Positions 47,139-60,700 of a DNA stretch of 64,000 nucleotides are shown piece by piece. Position 1 is the first letter of the stretch, and every line of letters starts with the position of its first letter. Below the pieces are notes generated by a model. The model was given only the letters and a program-made list of their open reading frames with translations, did no database searches and was not told the origin of the DNA. A program made the translations under genes and the position numbers. Source of the stretch: Amoebophrya sp. A120 (lineage: Eukaryota > Protista > Dinoflagellata); contig CAJINV010000014.1 in the NCBI GenBank assembly GCA_905178155.1, positions 2,077,888 through 2,141,887 on the forward strand. The letters are read 5' to 3'.

Positions 47139-48750
47139 CTTTTTATTTTGCGAAGTGTCGTCGTGGTTCTTCTAACTTCTAGTTCTAGTTGCGAAACGTT
47201 GTTCTAAAGTCCTCGCAGAAAGCACGCACATACGACAAAAATGGTGCACTCAATGAAAAATACTACTAATGGACGAGGATTACTCGGCAAGGTCCAAGGT
47301 CAAACACGAAACATTGCGGCGATAAAGACTCTCAATGACGATTCATCTTCTCAAGAGCTTCTCTACTAGGGGGCTCAATAAAAGCAGCGAATCCATTGAA
47401 AACAGAACTATCCGAGCATGATGGCGACATGGAAGGCACAACAACTGACGAAGACAAGGTAGACAAGAACACAGCGAGCTTGTATTGAGTCAGCATTGAT
47501 GTGGGGGAAAAAGTGCTGCGCGTCCTGCTCACACACATGGCACCAGGCTACAACTTCTCAATTTGTTTCAATATCAAGCAGAAAACATCTATCGTCCAAT
47601 GAAAGAACTATACGCGAATCAATTCATCACTTCAAGAAACATATTACACATCGCAGAAACTACCTGATAATAGTTCTTTGTTTTTCTCCCCATAATCATC
47701 GCAGTAAGCGTAAGCCGCTCCCGCTTGCTACTGCTTGCTGTCGCTCATACGACATTGGTTCTAGATCACCATTATCTACAAGCTGCAGCCACTGCTCCTC
47801 TTCAACTGCAGCTACAACGGGTCGTCCTTTTTACTTTCTTCTTTGTGTACAGTTGTCAATCCGGTTTGCCATGCATAGATATAGGCACTTGCATTTTTTC
47901 GATTTTACATTCGACTCGGACAGTTAAGTCGTCACTCATCCACCACCACGTGAGAGTGGTCAGAGGCAGAGCCAGAAGCTGACGTTGTTTGCTAAAATTA
48001 CCAGAAACATGGTTCAGTTTCAGATGTGATTGCTCAGATAAAAATGTTGTTTGCTGTCAGAAAGAAAACCGTACTTGTCATACCTACACGATGGTTACGT
48101 GCTTGAAAGTTTCAGAATCAGTCAGAAGTGCTGGCAACACTTAATATCTGCCTGAAAGCTTCTTGCAGAAGTTTTTCGATGTTGCTGAGAATTGCGGTGA
48201 AGGTGCCCGCCTGAGAAGCTCTTTTCATAATTACGTTGTTAGCGATTGCGAAACGAAGCTAAAGTTTGATGGAAAGCAGAAACATTAATATAGACGCATT
48301 GAATGTAGTACTAGTTGTGACGCAGAACGAAGATGAAGTTTAACGCGAGGGCACTATGAAGACCTAGAAGTGCAGAAAATTGTACAGGTTTGGCACTTGA
48401 TGTTGCTATTGGTTTTGTAGTACCGGTTTTATCATTTTACATTTGTGATGACATTCGTCGATGGCTTCGCGCCTGTAAATCGCTACTAGATTTTATTAAA
48501 CGTAGGTCTACTCGTCTCCCGAGACAAACATTGATTAAAACGCTTGACTTTTTGTTTTTACGTATCACGCATGACATCTTCGTTCGTCTGTGCTTACTAT
48601 TTGCTTCTGGTCGCGAGACCCGTACTTTTTCAAAAAATTCAAAACTTCACACACGAGGAAACTACGAAATCAATGCATCATGAAGATCGTACTATTTTGA
48701 TTTTCATCAGAATAGTCTCCTCATGGTCTCGATCATCTGTTCCTCCTCTT

Positions 48751-51700
48751 CTAGTTCAACTGTTTCCAGATTAATTTCGTGTCTGACTCGAACGAGTGGC
48801 TGGCTATCGCGTTCGTCAGCTGCTGCAACCGGGCCTGGCTCAAGTAGAGCGGTTTTCCCCGGCTCAAGTACCGATCTTCCTCGCCGTACGCATCCAAATA
48901 AATCGCCCCCCACACGCACATCCGGTCGTCCTTTTGGACGTGGACCAGACCGGAAAGGAGGTTGATCAGCACCGACAATCCCAGCCCCGTTTTTCCCGCG
49001 TGCTTCGTGAAGCTGTTGGGGCAGTTCACCGACCCGCCGGCCGCTTGCACCACGCCGTACTGCTCCATGAACGTGTTCGCGGAGCATAAATGCTTTCCGG
49101 TCAACATATGCAGTGCAAAAGTATCGCACTCGTAGTATCTATTGCAATACAAATTTGCTCAGCGTGACAAATGGAATTTCTCGTGCTGATTTAGCTTGAA
49201 AAAGAAATTTGGCTTGCATGACCGCGATTAGTACGAGTACGATACTTTTGCACAGGATACAACAAGCACAAGAACGATATTTTCGGCTGGTTCACGTTAC
49301 TCGAGTTTGGCGGGAAGCACAGCGGGCATTGCTTGTGAATGTAGGTTATCAACTGTAAAAATGTCTGGGTCTGGAAGAATTCACGTTTGTCATGCTTGTG
49401 TGGCATGACTCTTGAATCTGTCATGCACGTTACCCACGAGCTCCGTTTTTCTGTGATGCAGAAGCGCAGTTGGTCATGCGGAATAGGCAACACCTAGGAG
49501 CTCAGAAACTTGTCATGATGAGCCAGCATCTGTAGGCTCATCATGAGACGCCACCCAGCATCACAAGTTTCCAGACCCAGACATTTTTACTTTTGATATA
49601 GGTGGTGTAGAGGGTCTGGTACAGGTAGGGAAGTTTGATCAGCACCCCGAGGTTGTGATTGTAGTTACACGTCGTCGGCACAATCTGCGACGGCCCGCCG
49701 GCGACGCTGGAAGTGCGGCCAATCGTAGCTGACTGCAAAGCTGCTGCACTACTAGTTCCGCCATTGACATTGTTAGCACTCGCACACGAACTACTCGCCG
49801 CCATCGCGCCGATAGAATTGTGCATCATGTTGTCGCTCTCGGACCACTGCCTGACATCCGTTTTTCCGTACCCGAGACAGTGGATTTCCAGAAAAAAACA
49901 CCGGTTTTGGAGCAGAACAGAATAGGGTGTCGTCGTTTTTGTCTTGTACTGCGAAGATATTAGTGAAGCGGTCTGTAGCTGCATTTGGAAAGAAGTTGCA
50001 CTACTAGAGCTGTTACTTGTGTTGTTCTTCCTGCCATGATGATCTCGGTACTCCTTCTGGTACAGCAAATTCGCGTAGTCCTGTTTGGCGCTGAGCCGGA
50101 TGAATTTGCTGTTCTTCGCGAACTTGGGCCGCAAATACGGAATGTCCCGCTTGGTCACCGTGTCGAACGCCTTCTGGTTCAAAGTTGGTAAAAACTCAAT
50201 CAACGCACGGGAGTGCACTTTCGTGGATGAAAACCACTTGTCCTGCGCGTTCTGCATCTTTTTCCACACATAATCGGGAATCTTGTTGTTCTCGATTTGC
50301 TTGTCGTGGAGTCGGAGCAGGTTGTCGAGCTGGATCTTCTTGTCCGAAATCATCTCCACCAGCAAACATGCGTGCTCCCAGGTTGTCAAGTTGGAAAAGT
50401 TGTTTTTCATTGTGAGAGAAGATTTCTTTTGCAGCCCTGCTTCCTCTGTGCTTCTATCTTCTCCTGTAGTTGCCGTTGTATCTCGAACTCCTAGCACGTT
50501 CTGCAACAGCAAGATTCGCCGCAGAAAGGGTAACAAAGCGACGCCGACCAGATTCTTCGTGTCTTGCTCGGTGAGTTCGAAAAATTCCGCGGACCGCCGC
50601 AATTCGTTTTTCTCCTTCCGCAGCTCCTCCCTTGCGTGCTTGTCTTCCTCGTCGAAAAGTTGGAATAGATCCTCTTCTTCCTGATCTTCGAAACTGTGCG
50701 TGATCGGGCCGAATTTGTTCAGAAAGCTCATTTCCGACGAATTCAGGATGGAGTTCAAGGAGTCGGACACAGTGGCACGAGTAGAGTCTTTATTCGTCTT
50801 GTTACAAGAACTCTCAAGAGCAGCGTCATCATGGTCTGCACCGTTATTGTCAGCAGTTGAAGCGCCGTGATTCATCTTAACGCCACTAATTTCTTCGTCC
50901 CCCGTGCAACTGTCGACCTGCATCTCGTCCCCGGTCTGCATACCAGGCCTGCTGCTACTGTTGTTCCCTATCTGTTGCATCTGTAGGTGTTGGAACGGCC
51001 CCCCGAGCACACTCCGGTTTACCCCCCCGGCGCAACTGCTGGACTCGTTCTCGGCATTGCTCGCCCCGGAGTCCTCGGTCACGCCTAAAGCGATACTGGA
51101 CTCGGAAGACATAGACTTCATGATAAACGGCGCTGGCACAGGCACTCCACCAGAAGCTGCTGCTGGGTTATTTTGTAGCTGTGCTGCTGTCGCACCAGCA
51201 CTTGTGGTGCCGGAAATCGTAGAACCACTAGCACTGCTGCTCGTGGCCGCACCACCACTCGCGGCTCCGTGGTTGACGGACATAACCGGTGGTCTGGGAG
51301 TGGGTCGCTGGTTCAGCAGATCTGCGGCAACAGCGCCACCAACTGCATTCATCTTCGGATTCTCGTCGTACAGGTCTTTCATGTCGAAGATCCGTTCCCG
51401 CTGAAATTTGGGCGCGAAATAGGGGATTTTCAGAAACTCAAATTCCCGTTCCAATGTCATGAAAATCAGCTTCAGTGTGTGCACGAGCGCAATGTACACC
51501 GCCTGCGGGTGCATCTGCTGCTCGTTGTGAATGCTCGCGACGGTGATCCACTCGTGCAGGACAGACGGGTCGCAGGGAATGGCGGTGCAGATGATTTTGC
51601 GGAAGAGCAGCTCGGTTGCGGAAGGAAATTGAAGTTCAGAGTTCGGGTTTTTTGAGGAGGACGAGGCCGCGGATCCGCCGGTCAATATTGTAGTTGGTGC

Positions 51701-54700
51701 AACTGAAGCACTGCCTACATTATTGACGACGGGGTCCATCGGATGGTCGCGAAAGCCCGGCGCGGGGGCCGACGATGAGCTAGAAGACGCGGCGGTTGGA
51801 TCGCTAATTATCATAGCTGAAGAAGCTGATGTGGTGGAAGGACCAGCTGCACCAGTAGATGAGCCGGCACTCGTTGTACCTCCTCCCATCAATGGTCTGG
51901 CCCCAGAGGCTGCTGCTGCTGCTGCTGCTGTCACACCAGCGCTGTTTCCTTGTCTGTTCCGATTTGACGGCGAAGACGAGCCACCGGCCTGAGGACCGTT
52001 CACCGCGCCAAAAACCGTGTGTTGATCCGTGGAGTTCATTTTGGAGTACGATCTCAACGTATCGGCCAAATTCCGCAAAAATTCCAGCCGTTTCGGTTCC
52101 AGCGTCGGAATCAAGGTCTGTTGCTCTTTCGGCTTGGACTGCAGCTGGTGTTGTCCCTTGGCCCGCAACCGGATTTCGTCTAACCGAATCTGGTCCGCAA
52201 GAACGGACCCGAGAATCGTGGCGGGGTGGGAAGCCAGAGACTTCATCACCATCCTATCAACTGTAAAAGTGTGTGTGTCTGGAAGAATTCATGTTTGTCA
52301 TGCTTGTCTGGCATGACTCTTAAATCTGTCATGCACGTTACCCAAGAGCTCCGCTTTTCTGTGATGCAGAAGCGCAGTCTGTCATGCAGAATAGGCAACA
52401 CCTAGGAGCTCAGAAACTTGTCATGCTGAGCCAGCATTTGTAGCCTCGTCATCATGAGACGCCACCCAGCATCACAAGTTTCCAGACCCAGACATTTTTA
52501 CACTTGATACATCCGCATGGTCTCCGATTCGGATTTCCGCTGGTGCCCCGAGGGCTGCTGCTGCAGCAAACTACTGCCCGGAGCGCCCTGCATGACGCCC
52601 TGCATGATCTGCAGTTGCGGCGGGGTTTGATGTGGGGGGGCGCCGAGGCCCATGGTGGTCGATGGTTGTATAATGTATTGTGATGGAGCCGATGCTCCTG
52701 CTGTTGTAGGCTGTGCAACATTGATAAACGCTGCCCTAGCAGCTGTACTTCCGTTCGACGAAGACGATGCGGGCATGAAAGACGAGCCTTGTTGTCCTAA
52801 ACCCCCTACAACAGCTGGCGGGTTCATCATCGCGCTTGACGATCCACCGGCCGGGGTCACAAGCGGCGTCTCGAGCGACGAAATACTCGCTCCGGATACA
52901 GACGTCGGCAGCATCGGCGGGAGTTGCGCCCCTTCTGGAGGTGCGCGGGATAGTAGAGCCGATGCCGTAGTAGTTGCTCCACCAGGCGGTACGACCACCC
53001 CAACCACAGAATCGACCGCAGACGTAAAACTTGCGTTGCTCTGCACCTCCGCCGCCGACTCAAATGCGGACCCGTTTTCTGAGGGCGGGCCGGACGAGAG
53101 ATTCATCTGGAATGATGTCGTTGCTCCACCAGCTGGTGCACCTTCCAGAAACACAGCAGGCGGATTTGCATTTGCTGCTCCAGCACCACCAAGCGGAGTA
53201 GTATCGTGCCCAGCATTTATTGCAGCAGTGCCCCTTCCGGCAGTAGAGGAGGATAAGCTAGAGCTTCCTCCTGCCGCACTGCCAGGCACGGCAGTCGAGG
53301 AACTGGCTGAAGACGATGCGGCAGCTACAGCAGCAACACCATCCGACATCGCGTGATCGGCACTGTCTGTCCTGACCCGTTTCGGCTGCTTTACGCACGG
53401 ACCGCCCGTGATCAGAGGGGGTCTGGAAATGCCTCAGGAATGCTCCAGGAATCTGCTCAGAAATGTCCCGACTTTGCATATATCGCCGCGCATCGGAGTC
53501 ATCGCCGTGGTCGCTTTTATACGTCGCACATCACTGATGCGCGACACGATGGGCACGCCATAGCAACGGAATGACGGGCCACGGGAATTGTCTGCGCCGT
53601 CCTGGACGACCTACATTGGGTTGGCGGACCGCCGGCCGGCGCGAAGATTGGGCGCGGGCAATAGATATAGACCCAAAACCACAGACCCGGCGAACCCCCG
53701 GGGCGCGCGCCCTACGCCACCACGCTGCAAAACTGAAGCGCATGCCGCTCGCGTCACACGCGTGACACGATGGCGCCACGGTTCGGAAAAACGGGGAGCG
53801 CCCCTCGGAGGGTGTTGTGCGCTGGTTAGGACAAAGGTGGTCGCCCAGCGCGCAAAGCTGGTGGCCGGCTGGCAATCCGTGCGACGGCTGGTGGCCGGCT
53901 GACAGGGCGCGCATGCGAGCGCGCGGCCCACACAGTGCGGCCCGCCCGTCCGAGCACGCGCCGCGGCCTGCGTCTGTTGCGCGGGCCGTGTTTCCTAGTT
54001 TCTTTCTGCGAAAATACAAACCAGCGCGCCGGCGCACCTTTGCTTGTGCGCTTGTAAGAAACACGCCAAGCAGGTTTCCTTGGGGAAAACCGAGAGGGGC
54101 CCTGGCTTCTTCCCCCCAATACGATTTTCCTGAAGAAAGAAAAACCGGGCCCAACCCTCCCAAGATCCCCCAATCGGCGGCCTTGCCCTGGGTGCCCAGC
54201 TAGGTAGCGCGCCGGGCCAGCGGCCTGCCCCTGCAAAGGCACACACCGGGCCGCCTACCATCAACGCAGTGCGGTAGGTGTCGCCGGCCAAGGTCGCACG
54301 CGACAGCTGCGGCACGCGAAGCTTCTACAAACATCCTGAGCCCGGCGGCCGGGCCGGCCGGGCTTCCACAGCCCTACTCTTTACCCGCAAAAACCTGCAC
54401 AATCTTGCGCCGGACCCTCCGCCCGCCACAGTTCTTCGCCCCTTTGTTCGCTGCGTGCTCACTGGCCGCGCCCAAATCCCGAAGAACTGCCCGAAGCGCC
54501 GGCCGCCCATTCCGGCCCCCCTCCGTCGGACCGGCCGACAGTATTCACGTGCCCAGTCTTAGCAATCGGCCTGGGCGTGCTCTGCAGGACATCCACCCGA
54601 GACATCAAAAGCGCGAGGAGCGCTCTGGGCCTGCTCTGTAGATCACTCCGCAACTGCTCTGGAGATGCCGCGGCCTTGCAACATAACACCGGAAAAGACG

Positions 54701-57700
54701 GCAAGACTGCCGCGCCGCGGATCTTCTTCGCAGTTTCGCGGAAATTTTGACCCTTTGCAGCCTTCACGCAAAGGCATCTTTTTCACAGGGGCGGACTCGT
54801 TCGCCACGGCGCAACGGCCCGCGCCCGAGATCGATCGAATCAATCTCGGACGGATTTGCCATCGGTTCCCTCACTCTCGGGTCGCTGTGGCGATCGTTAT
54901 GAACTTGATCCGCGCGGCAATTCTTGCCGAATATATAAGACGAATGAGGGGCATCCTGAAAAGCAAAAAAAAAACCAGCAAGGGCACTGCGAAACCCGCG
55001 AAAAAGCAACACCAGAAAAAGCCGAAACGCGGAAAATCGTGGCGCCATTTCAGCTATTGGGGAAAAAATGTCGCGGCTGTTGCATTTTTCTCCTTCAGGA
55101 AAAAACCTGAAAGCGTTTGCATTTTTTTCCTTCAGGGAAAAACCTAAAAAAGTTCGCGCGATTTTCTATAACAAAAAAACCAAAAAAGCTGCGCGCGATT
55201 TTCTACTACAAAAAAACCAAAAAAGTTGCGCGCGATTTTCTATTACAAAAAAACCCAAAAAGGTGCGCGCGATTTTCTAAAGGCCAGAAATGTGAAAAAT
55301 CGCCGGCCTGATCGGCCTCATACCATCGGGGAAAGGCAGGAAAAATGGCCCGTCTTCGGTTTTGGTTTTTTTCGAGGGGGGATTCCCGCGCAACTTTTTT
55401 GGGTTTTTTTGTAAAAGAAAATCGCGCGCACCTTTTTTGGTTTTTTTGTAGTAGAAAATCGCGCGCAGCTTTTTTGGTTTTTTTGTTATAGAAAATCGCG
55501 CGAACTTTTTTAGGTTTTTCCCTGAAGGAAAAAAATGCAAACGCTCTCAGGTTTTTTCCCCAAAGAAAAAAATGCGAAGGCCTCGGCATTTTTCCTCCCT
55601 TTACAGAAATGCGGCACCCGGCAGCGCGTGTGGCTTCGCTTTGGCCTTTTTTTTTGCCTACTTTCTTGGCCCGGTCCTTTCAATTTTTTTCGCTTCATTC
55701 GCGGTCTTTTTACTACCGTAGCCCGATTCAGATTCACCATGATTCTGATTCTCATTCGCGACGTTTCTGATTCTGATTCACAACATGTGGCCTCCACAAG
55801 CCAAATAGCTTACAACGTGTGGCCTCCACAAGCCAAATAGAGTTTTGTTCTACGCAATATCCACAAAGGGCCAGCTGTAATCGGGGCGCTGAAGCTCCTC
55901 AGCGCTCATCATCGTCGGACTCTGGGTCTTGGGGCCGCGCTCGCGAACTCCGGCGGCTGCTGCTTCATCCGGCTGCTGGCCGCCGCTCTCGTTGGTGAAG
56001 GAGTGCCTAAGTCGTGCCGAGGGAGAGGAGCGGCGCCACACATGGCGCCAGTGGCTGCGCCAGTGAGTTCAGCAGCCCCATTAACTTCATACGTTTCGGC
56101 TTTGCCTAGAAGCCGCTGCAACGCCTTCGCCGGCACTTGCATCCAAGCAAAGCCAACACGGCCCGCGCGGGGGCGCCTGCCTGGCTGTCGGCCGGCGGCC
56201 GGTCCGGCTGGCAGAAGCCAGGAAGGGCTCGCGGGCTGAGGCAGGCCTTCGCCCCAGGTCCAAGACTGCCTTGGATGCCAATCATAGACACACACACGCG
56301 GCAGTCCCCTGGGCTTTGGCGGTAGAAGTGAAGGGAAACTGACTGAAGCAATTCTGCTTGCCACCAAACCACCCAAGACCAGCAAGAGACGAGAAAGAAC
56401 GTAGCCGGGTCCGCCCGTGTCACGCGCGTGACACGGTGGCCCTGTGATCTAGAGAAGCAGGGCAGCATCCCCCTCGCGCCAAGGGGCGCGCCTGCGCGTG
56501 CGAAAGCAATGCGCCACGACAATGGGCTGACGAGGCGCCCGGCTGTGGCCAAGCGGCGCCGGCAGGCGGCCAACCAATCAATGGGAGGCCGGCAGTTGGT
56601 TGCTTGCCCTCCCGGGTGAGGCCGGCCGTGCCTGCCGCCCACAAGGGAGGAGGGCCAGAATAGCAGTCCGCCGCGCAGAAAGCAAGGCCGGGCCCGTGCC
56701 TGGCTGCCACAGAAACAAAGAAAGGAACAGCGGCAAGGCCAGCACACTGCCTTCTTACAGAGGCAGCCCCGCTGAAGGTCCCAACCTGTCAGAGCAGGCA
56801 CTGATCCGCCGGGGCGGCGGAAATGCAGGGGCAGACGGGGCGCCTGCAATGCTTCGAACCGGGCTGCGGACAAGACGCCGGCGCGCCTGCGACAAAACGA
56901 AAGCGGGCACAGATAGGCCCGACACAAGTGTGGCGCTGCGGCACTTCGCGTCCATATGTGCAAGGGGAGGCCGGCAAAGGGATAAGGGGCAAACGGGCGG
57001 CGCCCGAACGTCAACGCCAGCCGCGGCCCGCATTGCGCGCCACAAAACTGCGCCAAATACGGCAGCGGGCGCCGCGTCTCGAGGAAGCTGCTTTGCGATG
57101 GCCCGGCTCGACGCCTTGTGTGCCCCTCTTCCCTGCAACCACAATGAGGGGCGCCGGCGTTGTGGGAATTGCCTCCGCCTTACATTCCCGAGGCCATTTC
57201 TGAGACATTTTTAAAGATGGCGGGATCACGGGCGTGGCAGTGCATAACTGCTGCTCGCCCGAACTGCTTGACACACTAGCCGTGCCCGTCTGCTGTTGGT
57301 CGGAAGTCGTATTATACCCCGCCATTCGCTGCTGCTCTGCAACTACTGCTGGTGGCACTTGGAAACTAAGATCGTCCGCATCTTCATAACTGCTGGAAGA
57401 AGCAGCAGCTGCGGTATTTGATGATGATGCTGCGCCGCCGGACGAGACAAAGACTCGCGGCGCGACGGGGATCGGAGCTTGCTGGTCCTGCTGTCCTGTC
57501 GAGGAGGAGGACGCGCCGTTTGTGCCTGCTGCTGTCAGAATTCCTGATGGAGCGGATGAGCTGGATGCCGAGGCAGTAGAGCCAGTGGCCGCATTGATGG
57601 ATGCTGTTGTACTGCTAAATACAACTCCTCCCGTACTACTACTTGATGCCCCACTACTTCTAGTTCCCGTCTGTATCATGTTATTCAGCGCCTGCGCACT

Positions 57701-60700
57701 CGCGGTCGCAGAGGCCAAAATTTGTTGCAGCGACTGTGGCCCGGTTTGCTGCTGTTGCTGGTCCACCCCAGGAGCAGCATTCAAACTGGTCCCTGCCGCA
57801 CTTCCTGTTCCTCGATTATCAGTTGCGGCGTTGTTCGTAGTTATAGTGACTTGGAGTTGCCGCGTGTTGATTGAGTTCACGTTCTGCTGCAGAGCCTGTA
57901 CCTGCGTGAGGAATTGCGCGTACAAATTTAAGATCTCCACGGTATTCGCCGGATCGTTCCCGTGCTGCGCCACTGCCTGCTGCAAGCGGCGCTGGATGTC
58001 CTGCGCGGCAGTCAGGAAAGTGGCGTTGTTCTCCGCAGTGATGCGCAGCCGCTGCTCCCGAGAGAGTTCCACCACTGCAGCTCCCGCCGTCGTGTTTGCA
58101 GCCCTGGTTGTGGTCGTGTCAGCGCGTTGATGTTCTACTTGCGTATTTGTTGTTGTATCCTGTGCAACTATTTCATCCACATTATTCCCTGTTGCGTCGT
58201 TTATATTTGCAGCCTCGTAGGCATTGGTCACTTGCGTGAAGAGGTTGGTCAACTGCACGGGATTGATCGTCATTCCACCTCCAGTAGTGGTCGTTCCCGT
58301 TGTTCCCGCTGCCGTTGTCGCTACACCGCCACCAGTAGTCGCTGTCGTTCCTACCGGTACTACAGCAGGCGCAGTGGCGTTATTCTGCTGCTGCTGCAGG
58401 AGAAATCGGTTGAATAGGCCGGTTGCCACCCCGGCCACGTTCGCGGCAGCTGTCCCTCCCGTATCAGCTGCAAAAGTGTCTGGGTCGGGAAGAATGCAAG
58501 ATTTGTCATGCATATTTTTCATGACCCATGATGCCTGTAGTGCATGACCTAGCATCACAGACTTTTTCTTTTAGAGGGCTTCCGGATGCGCCTTCCGCAT
58601 GAGAAATGCCCTGTCCGTGTAGCACAATCTGGACCCCTGCTCTTGCTGGTCATGCAACACAAATTTTTTTAGACTCCAAAAACAGCATGACAAGTTGCAA
58701 GCTTCCAGACCCAGACATATTTGCATTTGATATCCCGGAACGGTCGGCAACAGCCCGTTCAGCATCCGTCTCCGTTCTGCTACAGACATGTTTTGCGTCA
58801 ACAGGTTGGCGTTGCTGTTACCGCTGTAGTCCCCTTTCGAGGGCGGGATCAAGCAGTACTGTGCGCGGATGTTTTGTCTCTCGTTCTGTACCCAGTCGAG
58901 AAAAGAGTAGAATGGACTGGTGCTCGCGGCACGGCATTTGAGCGACCAGGAAACGTTCCTGCTCGCCATCATGGCTAAAGCCAGTTGCTGGTACCCGACG
59001 GAGGATTTGAAAAATTGGTCCCAGTTTTCGAGGTGCTGCAGCTCCGCGAAAGGGGTGGAGGCGGTATTTTTCCTGGTCGCAACTACTATTTGTGTACCAG
59101 TCGGATCCACATTTGAAGCTGCTCCACCAGCTGCACGAGTTCCTGCCAAAGCGATTTGCGCTTCATTTTCGCTCAAAGAACTGGAGTTGATATTTGCTCC
59201 TACTTTTGAAGATGATGATGGTACTTCGCCGCTGTCCCCGATGCTTTTTCGCACTCGACCTCCAGAATTCAGTTGGCTATTCGGATCCATTAGATCGTGC
59301 ATTATTTCGAGTGCGTCTGTGGGTTTGTTTGATACAACCTGTAGCTGCTGCTGCTGTTGTTGCTGGTCAATTCTTTGTTCGTTATTTTCATTGTCCACAA
59401 CGCCCATACTTGCGTCCCCGTCGGCGTCTTGATCGGACGAAACCGCACCACCATTGTTGACCTCCTCGATCTTTTTTAAAGTTTGGGGTAACGCAAACTC
59501 GCACGGGATGAAGATGTGCACCGGATGGTTGCAATACGGGCAATGGTTGTCCCGGCTGCCGTGCATGGTGCCGTGCCGCAACCGACGCCAGCAATCAAAG
59601 TGGATCTTGTGACTGCAGGACCACATGTACAATCCCGCGGCTGTTGGATCGGGTTGGAGCTGCTCGATCAGCTCCAGCGCTTTCGAGTTATTTGCGTTCA
59701 ATAACTTCCTCTTCAAGTTCGGGTCCTCCAAGCCCTGCTCATACGCGCTTGACTCCTCAGAACTAGAATTGCTGTCCACCGGGGAATATCAACTGCAAAA
59801 GTGTCTGGGTCTGGAAAGTTGTGACGCAAGGAAGGGAAAAATAGTGAGCACACTGTAATCAATGCGCTGCCCAGCATGACAAGTTTTTCCTCGGTTCAGA
59901 GTTGCGCACTCCGCATGAGAAACTGCGTTTTTGCATGACAGGTAAGAGGAGCTCTTTGCGGGCACGCAATACAGAGTTGAGAGTCATGCCAGACTAGCAT
60001 GACAAATCTTGTCCAGACCCAGACATATTTGGGTTTGATAGAGAATTCGCGTGCAAATTATTCTCCGCGTAGTTACTGTCTTTCTCCGGAGAAGACGCCG
60101 CGCTCCCCGGCTGTGGGAACAGCTGGCCGGTTGGTGCCGCGGGGACGGAATTCCACCTGGACAGCTGATTGTTGCTCATCGGGGCCGCGGATGAAAATTG
60201 ATTTGCTCCTCCTGTGCTGCCGGCGGTCGTTTTCTCCTTGGAGGAGGAGGAAGACGAGGAACCACTCACGTTTTGCAATTGGAATAAAGAACCCTGTTGT
60301 TGCGCGGCTTGATTCTGCGGTATCGTCGTTGCGTTCGATGTTGTAGTTCCGCCCATCGTCACATCGCCGTCAAGATTCTTGCTAGTACTGCTCGATGAGG
60401 AGGCTACTTGCTGACCGACGAACAGCCCCCTACTAGTTGTACTTGACACACCACCTGCTCCACTGTTAAACATTGCAGCACTCTGCGGGTCCACCGGGCA
60501 GGATTTCTGCGGCGACAGCCGCTTTCTCTTCCTGACTTGACTGTTCGATGAATTATTGTTCATTCCGGTTTTCGTCGGACTGTTTTGGGACTCAGAAACC
60601 GCTAGTTTCTTTAACCTGGGTACGTTCGAGACACAGGTTTTTTGCAAGTGCGCCATCCGCCCCAACGGGTTTTGCCCCGTTTTCTCCCCGGGTTGCTGGC

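Noticed and set aside
54459-56041. Transposase or intact gene within the giant intron
   Set aside because: Only short, stop-interrupted frames were found; no DDE or YR motifs.
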